A stretch of DNA of 64,000 bases, taken from contig NC_043016.1 in NCBI RefSeq assembly GCF_006345805.1, positions 19,840,001 through 19,904,000 on the forward strand, given 5' to 3'. A program made the position numbers and the translations under genes. Every line of letters starts with the position of its first letter. Within the stretch, counting starts at the first letter, position 1. A model generated the notes under the pieces. The model saw nothing but the letters and a program-made list of their open reading frames with translations, was not told the origin of the DNA and did not search any database. Source of the stretch: Octopus sinensis (taxonomy: Eukaryota). Shown in pieces: positions 14,084 through 27,216 of this stretch.

Positions 14084-15019
14084 TACATATATTACACACA
14101 CACACCACACAGTCAACAGATGAGATCTAGAGATGTGTAGGAATTTATATGTACGACCGTATGTAAAGAGGTTGGTGACATAGGTCTCTTTGTATGCCGC
14201 ACGGTTACATCCTAACAATATATGATAAGCCATGTTACATGAATATATATTATACAGTGCCAAAGGAAATGAATGAAGGATGCCAAGCCGTTCTACTTTT
14301 ATAGAGAGAAGATAGATTTTATTCACAGCGTACAAAGTGAGTTGTGATTACTAGCGTAGTGTTGTGGTATGAATGCATGCGTATAGTATTTGTTCATGTG
14401 TGCGACAGAAGGTACAGATAAAAGTGCATGCGAATACAACAGAAATACAGAGCATAAGAGAAGTCTCAGCATATTGAGTTATTATGGAGTTAGTTACCAA
14501 TTCATGTGGTACACGTAATAAGTTCTATAACAAGATTTGGGTCTCGAAGCAGAGACTAGTTGAGTCACTTGTAGTGCAGGTTTCCCTTGATATATTGTTC
14601 TTTCAGATATATACTGCAACTGTTTTTCCGTGGTGAAAGTTTCACACAAACAGCGTGAGTCTAGGTCCACAAAGTAAAGAGTGCTATAAGAAATCCAGAT
14701 GAGTTGATATGGAGATAGTAATGCAGACAAATACAATTAGGTTTGATATATATGAATATACTTACACACACGCACACACACACACACACACACATACACA
14801 CACACACACACACACAAAGATACTAAAAACTAAATATATTCAGAAGATAACCATATATGTGCAAACATATTGACACATATATTGAAAAATAAATTTATCG
14901 TTAATATATATTTATATATATGCTCTTTTTAATTGTATTGATTATTTTTTAAGTCCCTTTATTCTCAAAGCATTTGCCAAAATTATTTAAAATTTTCGTT
15001 TTTTCTTTTGTCTCCCTAG

Positions 15020-15888
15020 GTTACTGATTTTCCAACTTCTGTTGAATCACAGCCCAACAAGGTAACCCTATCTTCAAATATCAATCCAGAAAGTCGATTA
15101 AGCTATTTGAAACAGAAGGATACAAAACAGAATTCAAGACCTGTCCTTCAAGAAAAACCATCAATGTCTTTTGCTACTCCAGTTCATCTTGATTCTCATT
15201 TCTCTCACAACCAGTCTGAACATCAAGCTCCCGAAAAGTCTGCTAATTCAGTTAAAATCGTTTCTAATACTGCTGAAACTGTCTCAAAATGCCAACCAGT
15301 TTATAATGCAATTCACATGCAAGATTCACAAAATAACAATTTTCTTAAAGAACAAGCTGCTGTATCTTTGCCACAGAGCGAAGTTTCCAATAATCAGGAT
15401 AGTTCTAGAGTTGTAGTAACTAGCTCTTTGAGAAGAGATTCTTCAGATGCAAACAGTCAACAAATTCAGAAATCTGAACAAATACAAAATGAGAGCTCGC
15501 CACACAAAGTAGCAGTTAGCAATAACATTAATATAAATAATAATACTAATAGTGCTAATGTTAACAATAATAATGATACTAACATTGGTGGCAAATCTTC
15601 AACATCAGACTCAGAAACTAAGAAGGAATATAAGATCAGTAGTCACTCAAGACAACCTTCGCAAGAAGAGCTAGAATTTGAGATAAAAGCAAAGGAGTTG
15701 TCCCAGGAGCTGAAAGAAGATGATAAAAACTTGCTGCAAGTTCTTAATCCCAATAATAAAAAAGCCATTGATTTTGTGGAAGATTTATTGGAAAATGCAG
15801 CATATGATTGTCAACAAATTCCTACTAAATTACCCAAGGAGAGCAGCAACACTTCTCTTAATGAAAGCAGTCCAGGATCAAACACAGC
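15020..15888 (+). CDS. Shroom: Shroom-family protein, internal exon (first seen in window): S/N/Q-rich linker plus start of ASD2 domain
   Basis: Acceptor ttttgtctccctAG (15018-19), donor GTaagt at 15889. Open frame VTDFPTS...SRQPSQEELEFEIKAKELSQELKEDDKNLLQVLNPNNKKAIDFVEDLL...; the end resembles the Shroom ASD2 N-terminus (EIVHQDKSLADILDP..KTTMDLMEGL). Phase 0 to phase 2. Upstream exons not found in the window. Confidence 0.9.
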
Positions 15889-16154
15889 GTAAGTTTCTTT
15901 TTCTATCTCTTTTTATAATTTCTTTTAAATACTTTATTGTAATCATCATCATCATCATTTAGCACCCATTTTCCATGCTGGCATGGGTTAGACAGTTTGA
16001 CTGGAGCTGGTAAGATGAAGAACTGGATGCGCTTCCTAACACCAGCCACTCCAAGAGTGTAGTGGGTGCTTTTTACATGTCACCAGCACTGGCCAAAGCT
16101 ACTATTTCACTTGGCTTGATGTGTCTTCTCAAGTACAGCAAATCGCCAAAGATT

Positions 16155-17035
16155 CAAGATGCAGTGAATAAACTGTCATCTAAATTATGCAAAAATGAAA
16201 AAATCACTGACATCTCATTTTAACAGATATATTTACCAAAATTACATTAAAATATCTTGAAATACTAAAGAGTAAATTTATTCAATAAAATCGCCATTGG
16301 CTTCAACCATGGCCTCCAGACAACTTCAGAATCTCCTGCAACTCTTCTGGATGGTCTCCTTGTTTAATTTAGTGAATGCTGCCATAATCTTTGCCTTCAG
16401 TTCATCTTTGGTGTTAGGAATTTTGTTGGTCTCTTACTCAGCTGTGCCCTACACATTATAATCAAGAGGTTGCAGTCTGGGGAGTTACGTGGCCAGATGT
16501 AATGGGTGATGCGGTTGCAGAAATTGTCTGTCAGCTATGACTGGGTTCTCTTGGTTGTATGGCATGGTGCAGAGTCCTGTTGCCAGACGTAGGGTCTTCC
16601 AGCAGTCACCCTCTTCACCCAGGGCAGAGCTACCTCTTCCAGGTACTTGATGTAGGCCTCTGTGTTGAGTCTGAAGCTGTGTGGGAAGATGAATGGAGGC
16701 AAAACATCACCATCACTAGTGATCACTCCAAACCCCATGATGTTGGCTGGATGTTTGATTTTTATCACTCTCGGTACATGTCTTCATAATGCACTATCCT
16801 CAGATTGACACACAAATACTCTGAAATGTTCGTATTGGATCTTCCAGCACATTTGCCAAGTAGTACAGCATGTTGTTTCCAAATTCCTGGCAGAGTGAAT
16901 TGCGTTATAGTGCTCTTTTTCTCACAGACGGTGACTAACTGACCTCACTATACTGTGTAATCAACAAAATGAAAAACGAACTATGTACTAAATTAAAAAT
17001 ATAAAATGGCAACAATTTACCTGTCACATCCTCTG
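16155..17035 (-). mobile_element. Decayed, internally deleted maT-like (DD37D) Tc1/mariner transposon
   Basis: KHPANIMGFGVITSDG...YVWQQDSAPCH...WPRNSPDCN(P)LDY; 37 residues between the second and third Asp after restoring one deleted nt; stops present; TIR-like end at about 17005-17035. Confidence 0.75.
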
Positions 17036-17049
17036 TGTGTGTGCGCACG

Positions 17050-17082
<33 letters not shown>

Positions 17083-18748
17083 GGTTGGCGTTAGGAAGGG
17101 CATCCAGCTGTAGAAACATTGCCAGATTAGACTGGAGCCTGGTGCAGCCTTCTGGCTTCCCAGAACCCCGGTCGAACCGTCCAACCCATGCTAGCATGGA
17201 GAACGGACGTTAAACGACGATGATGATGATGATGATGATATATATAATAAATAATATGCGTACAGGGCATCACCAATGGTGCAAATAACATGAAACACAT
17301 AAACAGACAAGGGAAAAATGACCAGAATACATAAACAAGAAAAAAAATGGAAAACAGGACAAGTTAATACAGAGAAAGGACCCTTCATCAGTTGTCGGCT
17401 GTCTATCTACTCCTCATTTCGAGCATTCAATGACAATATGAGTCTTCAAAGGTAATTGCTCCCATGAGTTCTAAAATAAAATTTAGGATTTATGTGCTAA
17501 CATTTCTGCCAGCTCGCCACCTTTCAAACCTGTCAAACCATGCCAGTATGGAAGGCAGACGTTAGACAATGATGATGATGATAGTGTATTGGTAAAATCA
17601 TTAGTGTTGAAGAAAATGCCTTGCAGGATTTGTTCAGTTTTTTTTTTATGCTCTGAGTTTAAATCCTGCCAAGGTAAACTTTGCTTTTCATCCCTCAGGG
17701 TTTGATTAAATAAATCAATAGTCAAATGCTGAAGTCTATATAAGTGACTAAATCACTCCCCAAAACTCCAGACCTCCTATCTAAACTAGAAATATTTATT
17801 TCTAGTTCTTTGTTCTCTTTTTCCCTCTCTTCAGTAAGTGTTTTGTTATGTATGTTTGTGTATATATGTATGTATATATATTTATATATTAATGGTAGCA
17901 AACTGGCAGAATCATTAGCATGCTGATCAAAATGCTTAGCAGCATTCTGAGTTCAAATTCTGTCAAAGTCCACCCTACCTTTCATCCTTTCAGAGTTGAC
18001 ATAGTAAGTACCAGTCATGCACTAAGGTCAATATAATCAACTTACACCCGCCTCTGAACTTACTGGCTTTGTGCCAAAATTTGAAAACCATTAATTAAGT
18101 TTTCTATTTTCTGTATGTATGTGTTTTGGTTAATTGTTTCATTGATATTAATTGTATAGTCTGCATCTTTTTTTTTTGTTTTTGTTTTTTTTGTTATAGC
18201 AGTGTTTTGAATCAGTATACACATGTATAAAACACACACACACACACACACATTTTCTGCCCCTCCTTCATGTCTATAACTTGTCTTTTATTATACTTTT
18301 TTTTTTTTATATTTTTCTAATTTTTGCTTTCATTGTTTTGAATATCAAAGATTCAGAATTAGCAAATAAAAAATTTTTAATTTTTATTTTTCTAAAAAAG
18401 TTTTTCTTAGAACCAAATTACTGAAAATAAATGTGTATTGATTAATATACATTAAAACGCATTACACACAAAGCCTTGGTGTATTGATACTCAATTTGCT
18501 TTCTGTAATTAGCATAAATATGGTTAATGACAGTTTTAGTATTGTACCATTTCATTACTTAGCTATCTGACTTATAAACTCAGTAATAACTCTTGTATAT
18601 TCCCTTTGCACAGAACAAGTGATCATATTTTTTTGGAAACTTGTATTTGTTGTTGTACCATCAATTTGTGCCAAGTCTAAATGGCTAGTCAACAGATGGA
18701 AATATCAAACAACTTAGCATCTAGTACTTGTGTAATTTTTTTTTTAAG

Positions 18749-19164
18749 TAGGCGTAGGAGTGGCTGTGTGGTAAGTAGCTTGCTTACCAACCACATGATT
18801 CTGGGTTCAGTCCCACTGCGTGGCACCTTGGCCAAGTGTCTTCTACTATAGCCTCGGGCCGACCAAAGCCTTATGAGTGGATTTGGTAGACGGAAACTGA
18901 AAGAAACCCGTGGTATATATGTGTTTGTGTGTGTGTGTGTGTTTTTGTGTCTGTATGTTTGTGTGTCTGTGTTTGTACCACCAACATCACTTGACAACCG
19001 ATGCTGGTGTGCTTATGTCCCCGTCACTTAGCGGTTCGGCAAAAGAGACCGATAGAATAAGTACTAGGCTTACACAGAATAAATCCTGGGGTCGATTTGC
19101 TCGACTGAAGGCAGTGCTCCAGCATGGCCGCAGTCAAATGACTGAATCAAGTAAAAGAGTAAAG
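18749..19164 (+). mobile_element. SINE family A, full length
   Basis: Same head, body and tail as 2741-3138. Confidence 0.85.
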
Positions 19165-19298
19165 GAAACATGGTATTGCCAACGGCAAGCTGTGCGAGTG
19201 TAGTTACAATGTACCCTTGCAACAGTTGCAGATGTCTTGATGAGGCTACCCAGAGATGTTTAAAATGCAAAACAATGTTTTCTGTGTAAAACCACACA

Positions 19299-19723
19299 TT
19301 ACTCTTTACTCTCTTTTACTCTTTTACTTGTTTCAGTCATTTGACTGCGGCCATGCTGGAGCACCGCCTTTAGTCGAGCAAATCAACCCCGGGACTTATT
19401 CTTTGTAAGCCCAGTACTTATTCTATCGGTCTCTTTTGCTGAACCGCTAAGTGACGGGGACGTAAACACACCAGCATCGGTTGTCAAGCAATGCTAGAGC
19501 GACAAACACAGACACACAAACATATACACACGCATACATACATACATATACATATATACGACAGGCTTCTTTCAGTTTCCGTCTACCAAATCCACTCACA
19601 AGGCATTGGTCAGCCCGAGGCTATAGCAGAAGACACTTGCCCAAGATGCCACGCAGTGGGACTGAACCCAGGACCATGTGGTTGGTAGGCAAGCTACTTA
19701 CCACACAGCCACTCCTGCACCTA
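19299..19723 (-). mobile_element. SINE family A, full length, inverted relative to 18749-19164
   Basis: Reverse-complement match to family A. Confidence 0.85.
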
Positions 19724-20029
19724 CTCCACACATTTCTAGAAAATTCAAATTTAGCAATTCCTGTGGTGTTTCAGAAAAGTCTTTGTGTGTAATGCGTTTT
19801 AATGTATATTAATCAATACACATTTATTTTCAGTAATTTGGTTCTAAGAAAAACTTTTTTAGAAAAATAAAAATTAAAAATTTTTATTTGCTAATTCTGA
19901 ATCTTTGATATTCAAAACAATGAAAGCAAAAATTAGAAAAATATTTTTAAAAAAAAGTATAATAAAAGACAATTTATAGACATGAAGGAGGGGCAGAAAA
20001 TGTGTGTGAGGTGCCAGTAACCTGTTTTA

Positions 20030-20140
20030 TATCTCTAAAATGGCATTGATATTGAAACTGCAATTCAGCGATTTGCATACCGCCATGAGACTTGTTCTAG
20101 AAAATACTATGATGGAGAGAATAAGTGGTCATCCCAACCA
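20030..20140 (+). mobile_element. Possible hAT transposase C-terminal remnant
   Basis: Peptide NGIDIETAIQRFAYRHE resembles the hAT dimerisation-domain end (IDxDxVIxxFARRH); short match only. Confidence 0.3.
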
Positions 20141-21329
20141 CAAGGACCAAATTTATAAAAGTTTAATGTAAATACAAAAGTCATGTTGCTTGCTAAATTG
20201 TTTCGGATTGATAATGTAGGCAAAAAAATTATTTCTTTAATGCATAACCAACAGCACTGCAGTGACTTAGAAAACTACAATTATTGATGACATTTTACCT
20301 AGATCAGTCGTCTTTATTATTGACCAAACTATAATTATCTGACTAACTTTGATTATATCAATTCAAACCATTCTTACCATGTGGTGGATCCTGCCACTTG
20401 ATTAATCCCCCATAAGTTTTCTGGGTGTGTATAAAGAGATCTATTTAAGTTTTAATCAGAATCACTTGATGTCTTGAAGTGGTCAGTGCAGACAAGGCAT
20501 TGTATAAGGAGTTTGCACTATGATGTGATAAATCTATCACTAATTATAACCTGTTGTTTAATTATATCACTGATGTATATTTTCAGTCTACTCTCACTAA
20601 TTATAAACATGTTAAAAGAAATTTCTTTGAGAAAAATATCTTTTGCATATTTGTTTGTAATCAACATGTTCCAGACTTATGTAATCTTATTACTATCTTC
20701 GTGCAAAATGAAACAGTTACATTATTTAATGCTTTCATTATTGAAAACACATTACTTTCATTACTTGGCTGAGGTATTTTGGTTTGGAAAATTCTCAGAA
20801 CAAAAACAAAAAAACTTCTTGTTGAAATAGGAATTGTATTCTATTACTTACATTACTGAACACACATTATTACGTCAGTTGTTTGGCTCAGATATTTTTT
20901 CTCAAAAACGTTTTTGGAGAAAACAAATCTTTTTTATTTTTTTTTTGTTTTCTAATCTCTTCAAAATACTAAAATCAAAAGTTGGTTTAAAGAAGAAACA
21001 GTTGATAAAACGGCTAATATTTGTTTTTATGTGAAGTTGATATATATATATATATATATAAATAATTTAGCATTGAATTGATGGATTACTCAATATTTTT
21101 AGTAGTGTAATATTTAATTTTTGCAAAGAAAAGGTGATTTTGAGGTTTCATCTTACCAGCCATCATCACAGAGTCTGACAAGAGCTAGTCAGCCAAAACT
21201 TCAGTCCCTAATATACTTTTCCTTGTAAAAATTACTTACTAAAAGGGTTATAGTGAGAGAAATGTACATGATCCAAAACTCATCAGTTCTTTAGTTATTT
21301 GTAGCTAAACATTGATCTTGTGCTGTTGA

Positions 21330-22640
21330 ATTCAGACTCTTTTCTGCTTTTATCAAAGAGCTTTTGAGCCATTGTTGGCCCCTTTCAGTCTGACTTTCTC
21401 CATTGAATCTTGTGGGATACTGACCATGTACGAGTCCTCAATTTTTGGTTTTCTATTCTCCTGCACCTTTTTCCCATCTATACTCATTATGAAAATATCT
21501 AGCATTATGGGGATTGTGCTTCTTTTTCAATTTCCACATTGTTGTTAATTTCTGTTTTCAGATCTTTGTATTTGCAAATTTTTCCATTTTTTCCCCTTCT
21601 TTTGTGGAGTAGGTGGTGGGACTAATACTTCCTTTCAGGAGGCATTTATTTTACTGGTTGCCCCCGACAGCAATATCCAATCAATTAGCATCCATCATCA
21701 CCAGCATCATTATTGTGATGTTTTCAACAATTTCATGAGAGCTCCTATGACACCACCAGGAGCACTTCTGTGTTTCTCTGTTGTGCATAGCATTGTCTTT
21801 TAGATGTTTGAAACTGTTTGTATGCCACCACATTTTTGCTTTGTTACTTTACTGTTCTATCTGTCTGATCTGTGGAGTGTGTATTGTGCTATTTCATGAG
21901 TTGTTGATTCTGTATAATTACTAGGGGTGCTTTGGGTGAAAGAAAATACAGGAGGCTCAGTTATTTATGATTTTATTCAACATATTCCCGTCTCAGATTC
22001 ACACACCTATTGCAGCGGTCCTTCAGTTTTTCTAAGCCCTGTAAAAAGAACTCAGAAGGTTGGATCTCCAACTAGGCCTTTTGCAATACCCTTTAAGCCA
22101 GGAACTTTTCAGCATCCTCTCATATGATTATATGTATGCTGTGCAGGGAGTGTATTGTATAACATGAACTATTGAAATGAAAGCATCTTGCTTAAATGTT
22201 GGCTGTCTTTCGGATTGTGTGTATTGTTACAATACTTGTTCAATTGTGTAGTAAGGGACTTTCAGAAAATTTTGCTTCCTTTCATTCCTGCATCTTGAGG
22301 GTTAACTGTCCTCCTCCCTCCTTGCTATGTCTCTAAGCCCTGGTATCATTTGATTGTTTCTCTTCATATATTTTTTTTAAAACTATATTTAGTGTAGCAT
22401 TGGTTGGTATTGTTCTTTTTTTTTATTTTCAAGAACTTTGAACTTTGACAGTTCTCCTAAAGAGTAATATTTTGGTCAGACAATGTCCAGATGGCTATTG
22501 GGATATAAGGAATTTTCCTTCCAATCATTTGTTATGTCTAACTGGTTTACCTTGATATCATTGTCATTATAAGACAGTTATGTCCCAGGTTCTTGTGGCA
22601 TGGTCATTGTCATGCATCATTGTTTATACATATTAATATA
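21330..22640 (-). mobile_element. Degraded R4/Dong-like (REL-endonuclease) LINE remnant
   Basis: Fragments on - such as LIDIAV.GD and EKICKYKDLKTEI resemble the restriction-like endonuclease region; heavily decayed. Confidence 0.45.
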
Positions 22641-23769
22641 ATTTCTTCAGCCTCGGTGGGAAGAGCATATAAATTAACTTGGTATTGACTAAGTAACCAT
22701 AGATGATATCATCAATTGTCTCAAAAGAGACAGACAGACAGACTGGTTATTTTGGTATTGATGTTTATCAATTATTTTGTATGAAGTGAAGGAAAAAGAC
22801 AATTTAGGAGAATAAAGGAAAGAGAAAGGCAGGAAATGAGTGATAGGAAGTATGATGAAGAAGAAAAAGAATGAAAATAATAAGTATAAGTTAAAGAAAC
22901 ACATAAGATATATATATATATATTCACACATACACAATTAATTTTTAATATTGTATATATGCGTGCGTGTGTGTGTGTATCCATCTATCGAAAGCGGAAA
23001 AGATCCTAGCGTCGGTTCTACCTTTAGCTTATTCCCCCCACCTCTCTCTCTCTCTCTCTCTCTCCTGGTATTGCTTCTGTGAAGGGACAGGTTTATTTAT
23101 CCCAAGATTTCATTTGCCACCAAGTGATCATGCATTGTTATTTCAAATGCTAAAAGCATCGCTTTCCTGTCAAACTATTCTTTATTGTTCCGATTCACAA
23201 AGCTCAAGTCTAAGCATTTTCAAAGGTCAGCATCTAACTGTAGAACAATGAATGCTTTCTCATGGTCATCTTTATATAATAGTTCCATTCAAACAAGAAA
23301 ATGTTAGTGGAATTAGTATTTCAGCAAAGACTAAGAATGAATACAGATCTTTTGTAGTGAATATTGATTTTATATGGGGGGAAATTATGCAGTAGTATAA
23401 GTCTGATGATGATGATGATGATAATGATAATGATGACGATGACAACCATGTGCCATGGGTTGAATGGTTTGACAGGATCCAGTGGGTCCAAGGACTGCAT
23501 GCATTGTGTTTCTGTGGATGGATGCCTTTCCTCATGCCAACCACTTTATAGCATATGCTAAGTGCATTTTCTGTGCCTTTCATACTTGAAGTTGCCGTAC
23601 AACTCAAGACTACAAGACCTGAGGTGGTGAGAGGGGGGGGCTTTTTGCTAGATGATGGGTTGAAGTGGAAGAGGGGCAGGTTCTTGTTGCAGAGGAGCTA
23701 CATCACTACTCGCATTAACAAGAAAGTGAGAATAAATCAGCAGTAACTTCAGTGAGATAAATCTTATAT

Positions 23770-24180
23770 GGACCTCAACCATTATAAGAGTTCGTCATTT
23801 TAAAATTCGTCCCCAAAGTCCATTCCCTCCTCACCGTGGTGGAGACGCTGGCAACGGGTAGTGTCAGAGCTATGCCGTCGGGAACTTCGGTTCCTGGTAG
23901 GGCCACCCAAAGCGGATTGGTCTGACACCGAGTGGTATTAGGACCACAACCCGGCAGACGGGGCTCTGGTGAAAATCCTCGGAGTGTCTGCTTCAGCAAC
24001 CAGCGGCTCCTCGGTCGTTCTGTCCCTGGGTCTGCGGACAATCTGTGGCAAACAGGATGTCTCCACATGCCGGATTGTTTAGGACCACTTGTGAAATCCA
24101 CATGTTCCCACGAAACTTCTTCCATGAGTAGAAGAAGCCAACTCAACCCACCCAGGGTGAATGTTGCCACAAGTACAAGT
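23770..24180 (-). mobile_element. CpG-rich segment, probably the 5' region of a young retroelement
   Basis: Abrupt GC/CpG-rich block in AT-rich intron; no recognisable protein; a second CpG-rich block at about 24605-24790. Confidence 0.3.
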
Positions 24181-25678
24181 ATTTTAAAATTCATGTGCAG
24201 AAAATCAGTTATACTTCTACAATACACTGAATATTTTAATAGATTTTAAAAATACAATTCCTGTTAATGTTTAATTATAAAATGCAATAGGATTTTTTAA
24301 AACATCAAATGTTTATTATGGTCCAGTAGAATAAAATAGGTATCATAAGGGTCCAAAGGTGAAAAATGGTTGAGAAACACTGAAATAAATAATGATGATG
24401 ATGTGTCCAAGTGGTTTCCCAAGTTACAAGCTAAGTACAAGTGAGTGGAAACAAAGGAACTTGTTTGGGTGTGGATTGGTGGTTGCAAAGTGTGTATGGG
24501 GTAGCAAGAGATTGAGAATAGAGAAGTAGTCAACACCTGTAAAGATAGTAGAATAAATAAGATTTTTCTTAAGTAGTTTTCTTTCTTATATAATACAACA
24601 CTGATCATCGTCGTTGTCGGCATCCTTCCGTCTCGAGAGACGATGGTGTAGCTCGGAAAAGTTCCTGTTGAGCTACAAGGCCTGGGCAGGTTTATACGAG
24701 GGATCAGCTGTCACCCATGCAGTTTGGTCCCCCACTTTCCACGCAGGAGTTGCCGGTGATGACGTGTTGTGTCAGGCCGCCTTAGGGACTCCGGCTCCAG
24801 ACTTGCAGAATTATTCAAGTGTTGAACAAAATATCCTGTGGTCCTTTTCACTCTTTCAGATCCCACCAAAATCCACTTTCCTTTTCATCCTTTCAGAGTT
24901 AATAAAATAAACTAACAATTCAGAGACTGGTGAAATCGCCAGAGCACCAGCAAGATACATTGTAGTATTTGTTCCAGCTCTACGTTCTCGGTTCTTTGAT
25001 GGTAGAATTAATCCATCACCTGATACATTGGGGTGACTTTAATAGGGGGTAACTCTGTTGCAGTCATTTTGGCCAGGTCTCCAGTTTGCAGACGGATTCT
25101 TCCCACCAGTCTCAGAGCCTTTGACAAAATATGGTTACGGGATATTACCTCCTCTTCCCCTAACCTTTTAGCATTCAGTCTACTCTATATCAAACATAAT
25201 GCTTATTTTTCATATTGTTTTGAATTAATCATACACTGTCTCATAGCTTCAAGATTTCAATGGCATGTTTATTTTTAGAATGATATTGCAGCGTAAGTGT
25301 AAGAGGCTGGCCATTTTGAATATAAAATTGGTAGAACATTTTGGCTGGATATGGCTGGCTGGCTCATTATTTTAATCTTAAATCTGCTGCTGTACTGTTA
25401 ATATGACTTGAATTATCATCATCACCATTTAATGTCCATAGGTTGGATGGTTCAACTGAAGTTGGCAACTAGAGGGTTGTGTTAAGCTCCAGTGTCTGCT
25501 TTGGTAGGGTTTCTTCAACTAGAATCCCTTATTAATGCCAACCACTTTACAGATGTACCGGATGCTTTTTACGTGGCACCAGCACTGGTGAGATCACCAA
25601 TTAACTAACCTGACAAGACCCCCCTCAAATGAGATAGTGTAGGGGGAGTAGTATTGGGTCCATAATATATTGCCTTAA

Positions 25679-25873
25679 CCCTTTAACATTCAGTTAATTT
25701 ATCAAATGTAATGCTTATTTATCTACAAATTTTAAAAATTTATCATGTGCTATCTCATAGCCTTGAGATTTTGATGATGTGATTGTTTATTTTTAGATTA
25801 TCATAGATTAAACATTAGATTAACATAGGGTAGGTGTGAGAGGCCAGATATGGCCAGTTTAAATGCTAAAGAG
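25679..25873. mobile_element. piggyBac-like MITE (TTAA TSD), family 2
   Basis: TTAA|ccctttaacatt...aatgctaaagag|TTAA; relatives near 25175-25330 and 49078-49300. Confidence 0.6.
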
Positions 25874-26800
25874 TTAATATACAGTATGTTTACCAGCTAA
25901 TGAGTAATCAATCCATCTAACATCATCAATGGTTCCAGGCATATAATGGTACTTACATGTCTGGAACCATGATTCTCAGATTAGAAACATCAATCTGATG
26001 TCATTTCCTTATATCCTGGTTTCAGATATAAATAATAACGATACTCAAGACTTGAAACATTCCTCAATATACTTAACAAGTCTTTTTGGTGTTTATCTCC
26101 TCTTGATCTCCTCTTCCACCATCTCTGCCACCTTTACCTTGAAAAAGAAGAAGTAGACTAACTGCTGCCATAGGAATGTTTCAAACAAAACTGAGATTAT
26201 TCTTGAAAGCATTGGTAGAGAGGGGGCGGAATAATTTTGGCAAAGCATATGTAATATGCATGTAGTAAAATGGTGTCTGTTTTGATTGTGATATTACCCT
26301 GTTGTTCTACAGCATATACAGGAGAGCTGCTGTTTAAAAGCTGTAAACCAGGCTTGTGAGCAAAATTTCGCAAGTAGTCTAGTTTAATTAATGTACAATG
26401 CAAATGGAGAAAGCAGGCTGATTTTGCATTCATTATGCCAAAACTAATGAGCTAAATATAAAAAAAAGTCAATGATTTTGAGTTGTTTAACAGAAATAAA
26501 AAAATGAATTGGTTGTTAATATCAGACAATTCAATTTTTTTTTTGTCTTTTTTTCTGTCTACACAGAATTCAGATGAGGTATTCAATTGTTGGGAGAAGG
26601 ATAAAAAAAATATATATATAACTAAACTTTATAGTGTATGTATTGCAGTCATTAGTTGTGGCCATGTTGCAGTCCTGCCTTGAAAAGTTTTTTTTTTTTT
26701 CATAGTTGATCATCTGCCCCCCACCCCACCCACCCAATACTTACTTTTTATGTCTGTTACCTATTTTAGTGAACTCTATTTGTCATAATGCTAAATTACA

Positions 26801-27216
26801 GGACACCTTTTCGGTTTGAACGGCAGTTTTTTCTAGCGGTGTCATATGAAATTGTCACCCATAATTACTACCCTAGTATCGATCTTATTGCATTTCAATC
26901 TGCTTTAGGGTTAGGGTTAGTTAGGGTTAGGGGTGGGGGAAAGGGTATCTTTTTTTCTTCACAAATGTAAATAAACCCAATCTGTTTCTTAAACGAGGGA
27001 CATATTCATACGGCACAGAATGTTTTTTTACCTCAATGGACGTAATTAATTGGTTGAAATTGCAGAAATTGAAGGAAAAAAACAACAAATATCTTTTCTC
27101 AATAAAGCCAAGAGAAAAAGATGTTTTATAAACACATACTACCAGTATACGAAGTTTAAAATTTTTTAGTTACCTAGAAATTATGTTAAAAACTGCCGTT
27201 CAAACTGAAAAGATCC
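26801..27216. mobile_element. MITE with about 25-bp TIRs and internal (TTAGGG)-like tract
   Basis: cttttcggtttgaacggcagttttt ... aaaaactgccgttcaaactgaaaag; tttagggttagggttagttagggttaggg at about 26902-26932. Confidence 0.8.

Larger units (their letters stand above)
18245..20008. repeat. About 230-bp near-perfect inverted repeat pair (18245-18473 / 19781-20008)
   Basis: Direct reverse-complement alignment with about 5 mismatches; AT-rich; no TSD identified. Confidence 0.9.

Noticed and set aside
17245-17465. ctgatgaagg and cgaaat motifs on - suggesting a hammerhead
   Set aside because: The order would need type II topology, but stems II and III do not form convincingly.
26021-26160. Acceptor-like tttcag with a short open frame between Shroom exons
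   Set aside because: A phase-2 continuation hits TAA at once, there is no donor, and the flanking exons already join in frame.
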